Shown piece by piece: positions 62,897 to 64,000 of a DNA stretch of 64,000 bases. The number at the start of each line of letters is the position of its first letter. The stretch's first letter is position 1. The translations under genes and the position numbers were made by a program. The notes under the pieces were generated by a model. It was given only the letters and a program-made list of their open reading frames with translations, was not told the origin of the DNA and ran no database searches. The DNA is from Blasia pusilla. Its lineage: Eukaryota. The DNA lies in contig CM114271.1 in NCBI GenBank assembly GCA_050084515.1, forward strand, positions 27,218,001-27,282,000. The letters are read 5' to 3'.

Positions 62897-64000
62897 TGTC
62901 ACCCAACACACATACAAACACGCTTGATCCCATGCTAACTCATGGCATCCTAACAACGAGACAAGAAGTACTAAAATATCTCCAATAAAGTAAGATCCAA
63001 TCTCTCTCTATACCATCTCACACCATAACTCTCAAAGGTGTGCACTCTATCTCATGTCAAACCAAACCCACTCTCCTAATGAGAGGCTTGGGTTATACTC
63101 ACAAGGCAAGGGACCATAGCTCCGCCGCCTCATACCAAGAGGTTCAACAAAGAGAGAATGAGCTTTCAAGCTCTCTCTCCTTAAGGTAAATCCCTCCCCT
63201 CTCCCAAGCTGTCGCGCCCCTACTCTCCTTGAACATCAATCTTTAGTGTTGCGGAAGCGTGCGTTCAGTAGGTCACGAACTCATCGCCGATCTGCACCCA
63301 AACACGCACTCTCGTTAGTCGGGTTTGGCCAACCGGCGTTCCAACCCACCGAGTCCTAAACTCGGCGTCTCATCAAGCTCAACCTTCCTTAGTTCCTAGC
63401 TCCCAACACATGGCAAGTCCTTCAAGACTTGGAACAGACTTCCTGGTTAGTCCAGGGATCTGAAACGGCACTTGCACGCCTAGCGATCCCAACTGTTCAA
63501 CGGTCCTCGTGTGAGTTCCAAACCGAGCCCGAGTGTAATCCAACACAAGGTCCTGTTCTAGGTGCTTATCCATATACGAGCTCTCACCTCAAATACTCCT
63601 TGTCTGTCCACTTGTCGTACATTCTAAGTCTATGATGAACGACTCATAGCCATGCACTACCACATACAAATTGCAATCAACACTGGTATCGAATCTCCAA
63701 ATCCATACACTCCTTTATTGCAACACTAGCATATTCTAGTTACAACGGCCTTCGGCCCAAGATTCCACTGATTACAAGTCATGTCTCTAGCTTCTCCTCG
63801 TACTAACGTATGTGCTTCGCTTGTGTTCGCTTGAAGTCACGCAACAATTCTTGCGCGTGTTCCAAATCCTCTTCCGCAATCCAAGTCGCCTCCTTCACAT
63901 GGTAGCCCTTCCATTTTACCAAGTATTCATACTTGTTGGCCCGACGCCTCGAACGTTAGATGGTCTCCACCTCGAACTCCGGCTCCTCATTTACGATGAC
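62897..64000 (-). mobile_element. Chromovirus (Ty3/gypsy) 3' end: integrase chromodomain and probable 3' LTR (62897-63744)
   Basis: The minus strand at ~63830-63950 reads RRRANKYEYLVKWKGYHVKEATWIAEEDLEHAQELLRDF (chromodomain). The following segment is bounded by TGTCAC (62897) and GTTACA (63744). Confidence 0.75.

Overview
Eukaryotic, transposon-dense plant DNA (probably a non-seed land plant such as a bryophyte; this is an inference). It holds one clear host gene, a two-exon GH17 beta-1,3-glucanase with an X8 domain (35923-37929). About half the window consists of five partial or nested copies of one ~12 kb Mutator-like (MULE) DNA transposon with short, asymmetric ends and 9-bp target duplications. 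The element carries two divergently transcribed, intron-containing genes. One is a GCM/WRKY-like Zn finger + DDE + SWIM transposase. The other is a cargo gene encoding a coiled coil, a ParB/Srx-like domain (FFIWDGNHR) and a beta-class amino-DNA-methyltransferase-like domain with non-canonical motifs, and it shows signs of purifying selection. The element's introns and shared promoter are packed with a 27-bp palindrome, GCAACCCGTCGG-NNN-CCGACGGGTTGC. Also present are a CACTA-like remnant split by the MULE, a Copia RT relic, two decayed Helitrons, a truncated Ty3/gypsy element (LTR, PBS, gag) and a chromovirus 3' end. All TE ORFs here are disrupted, and domain calls come from motifs read by eye, not from database searches.
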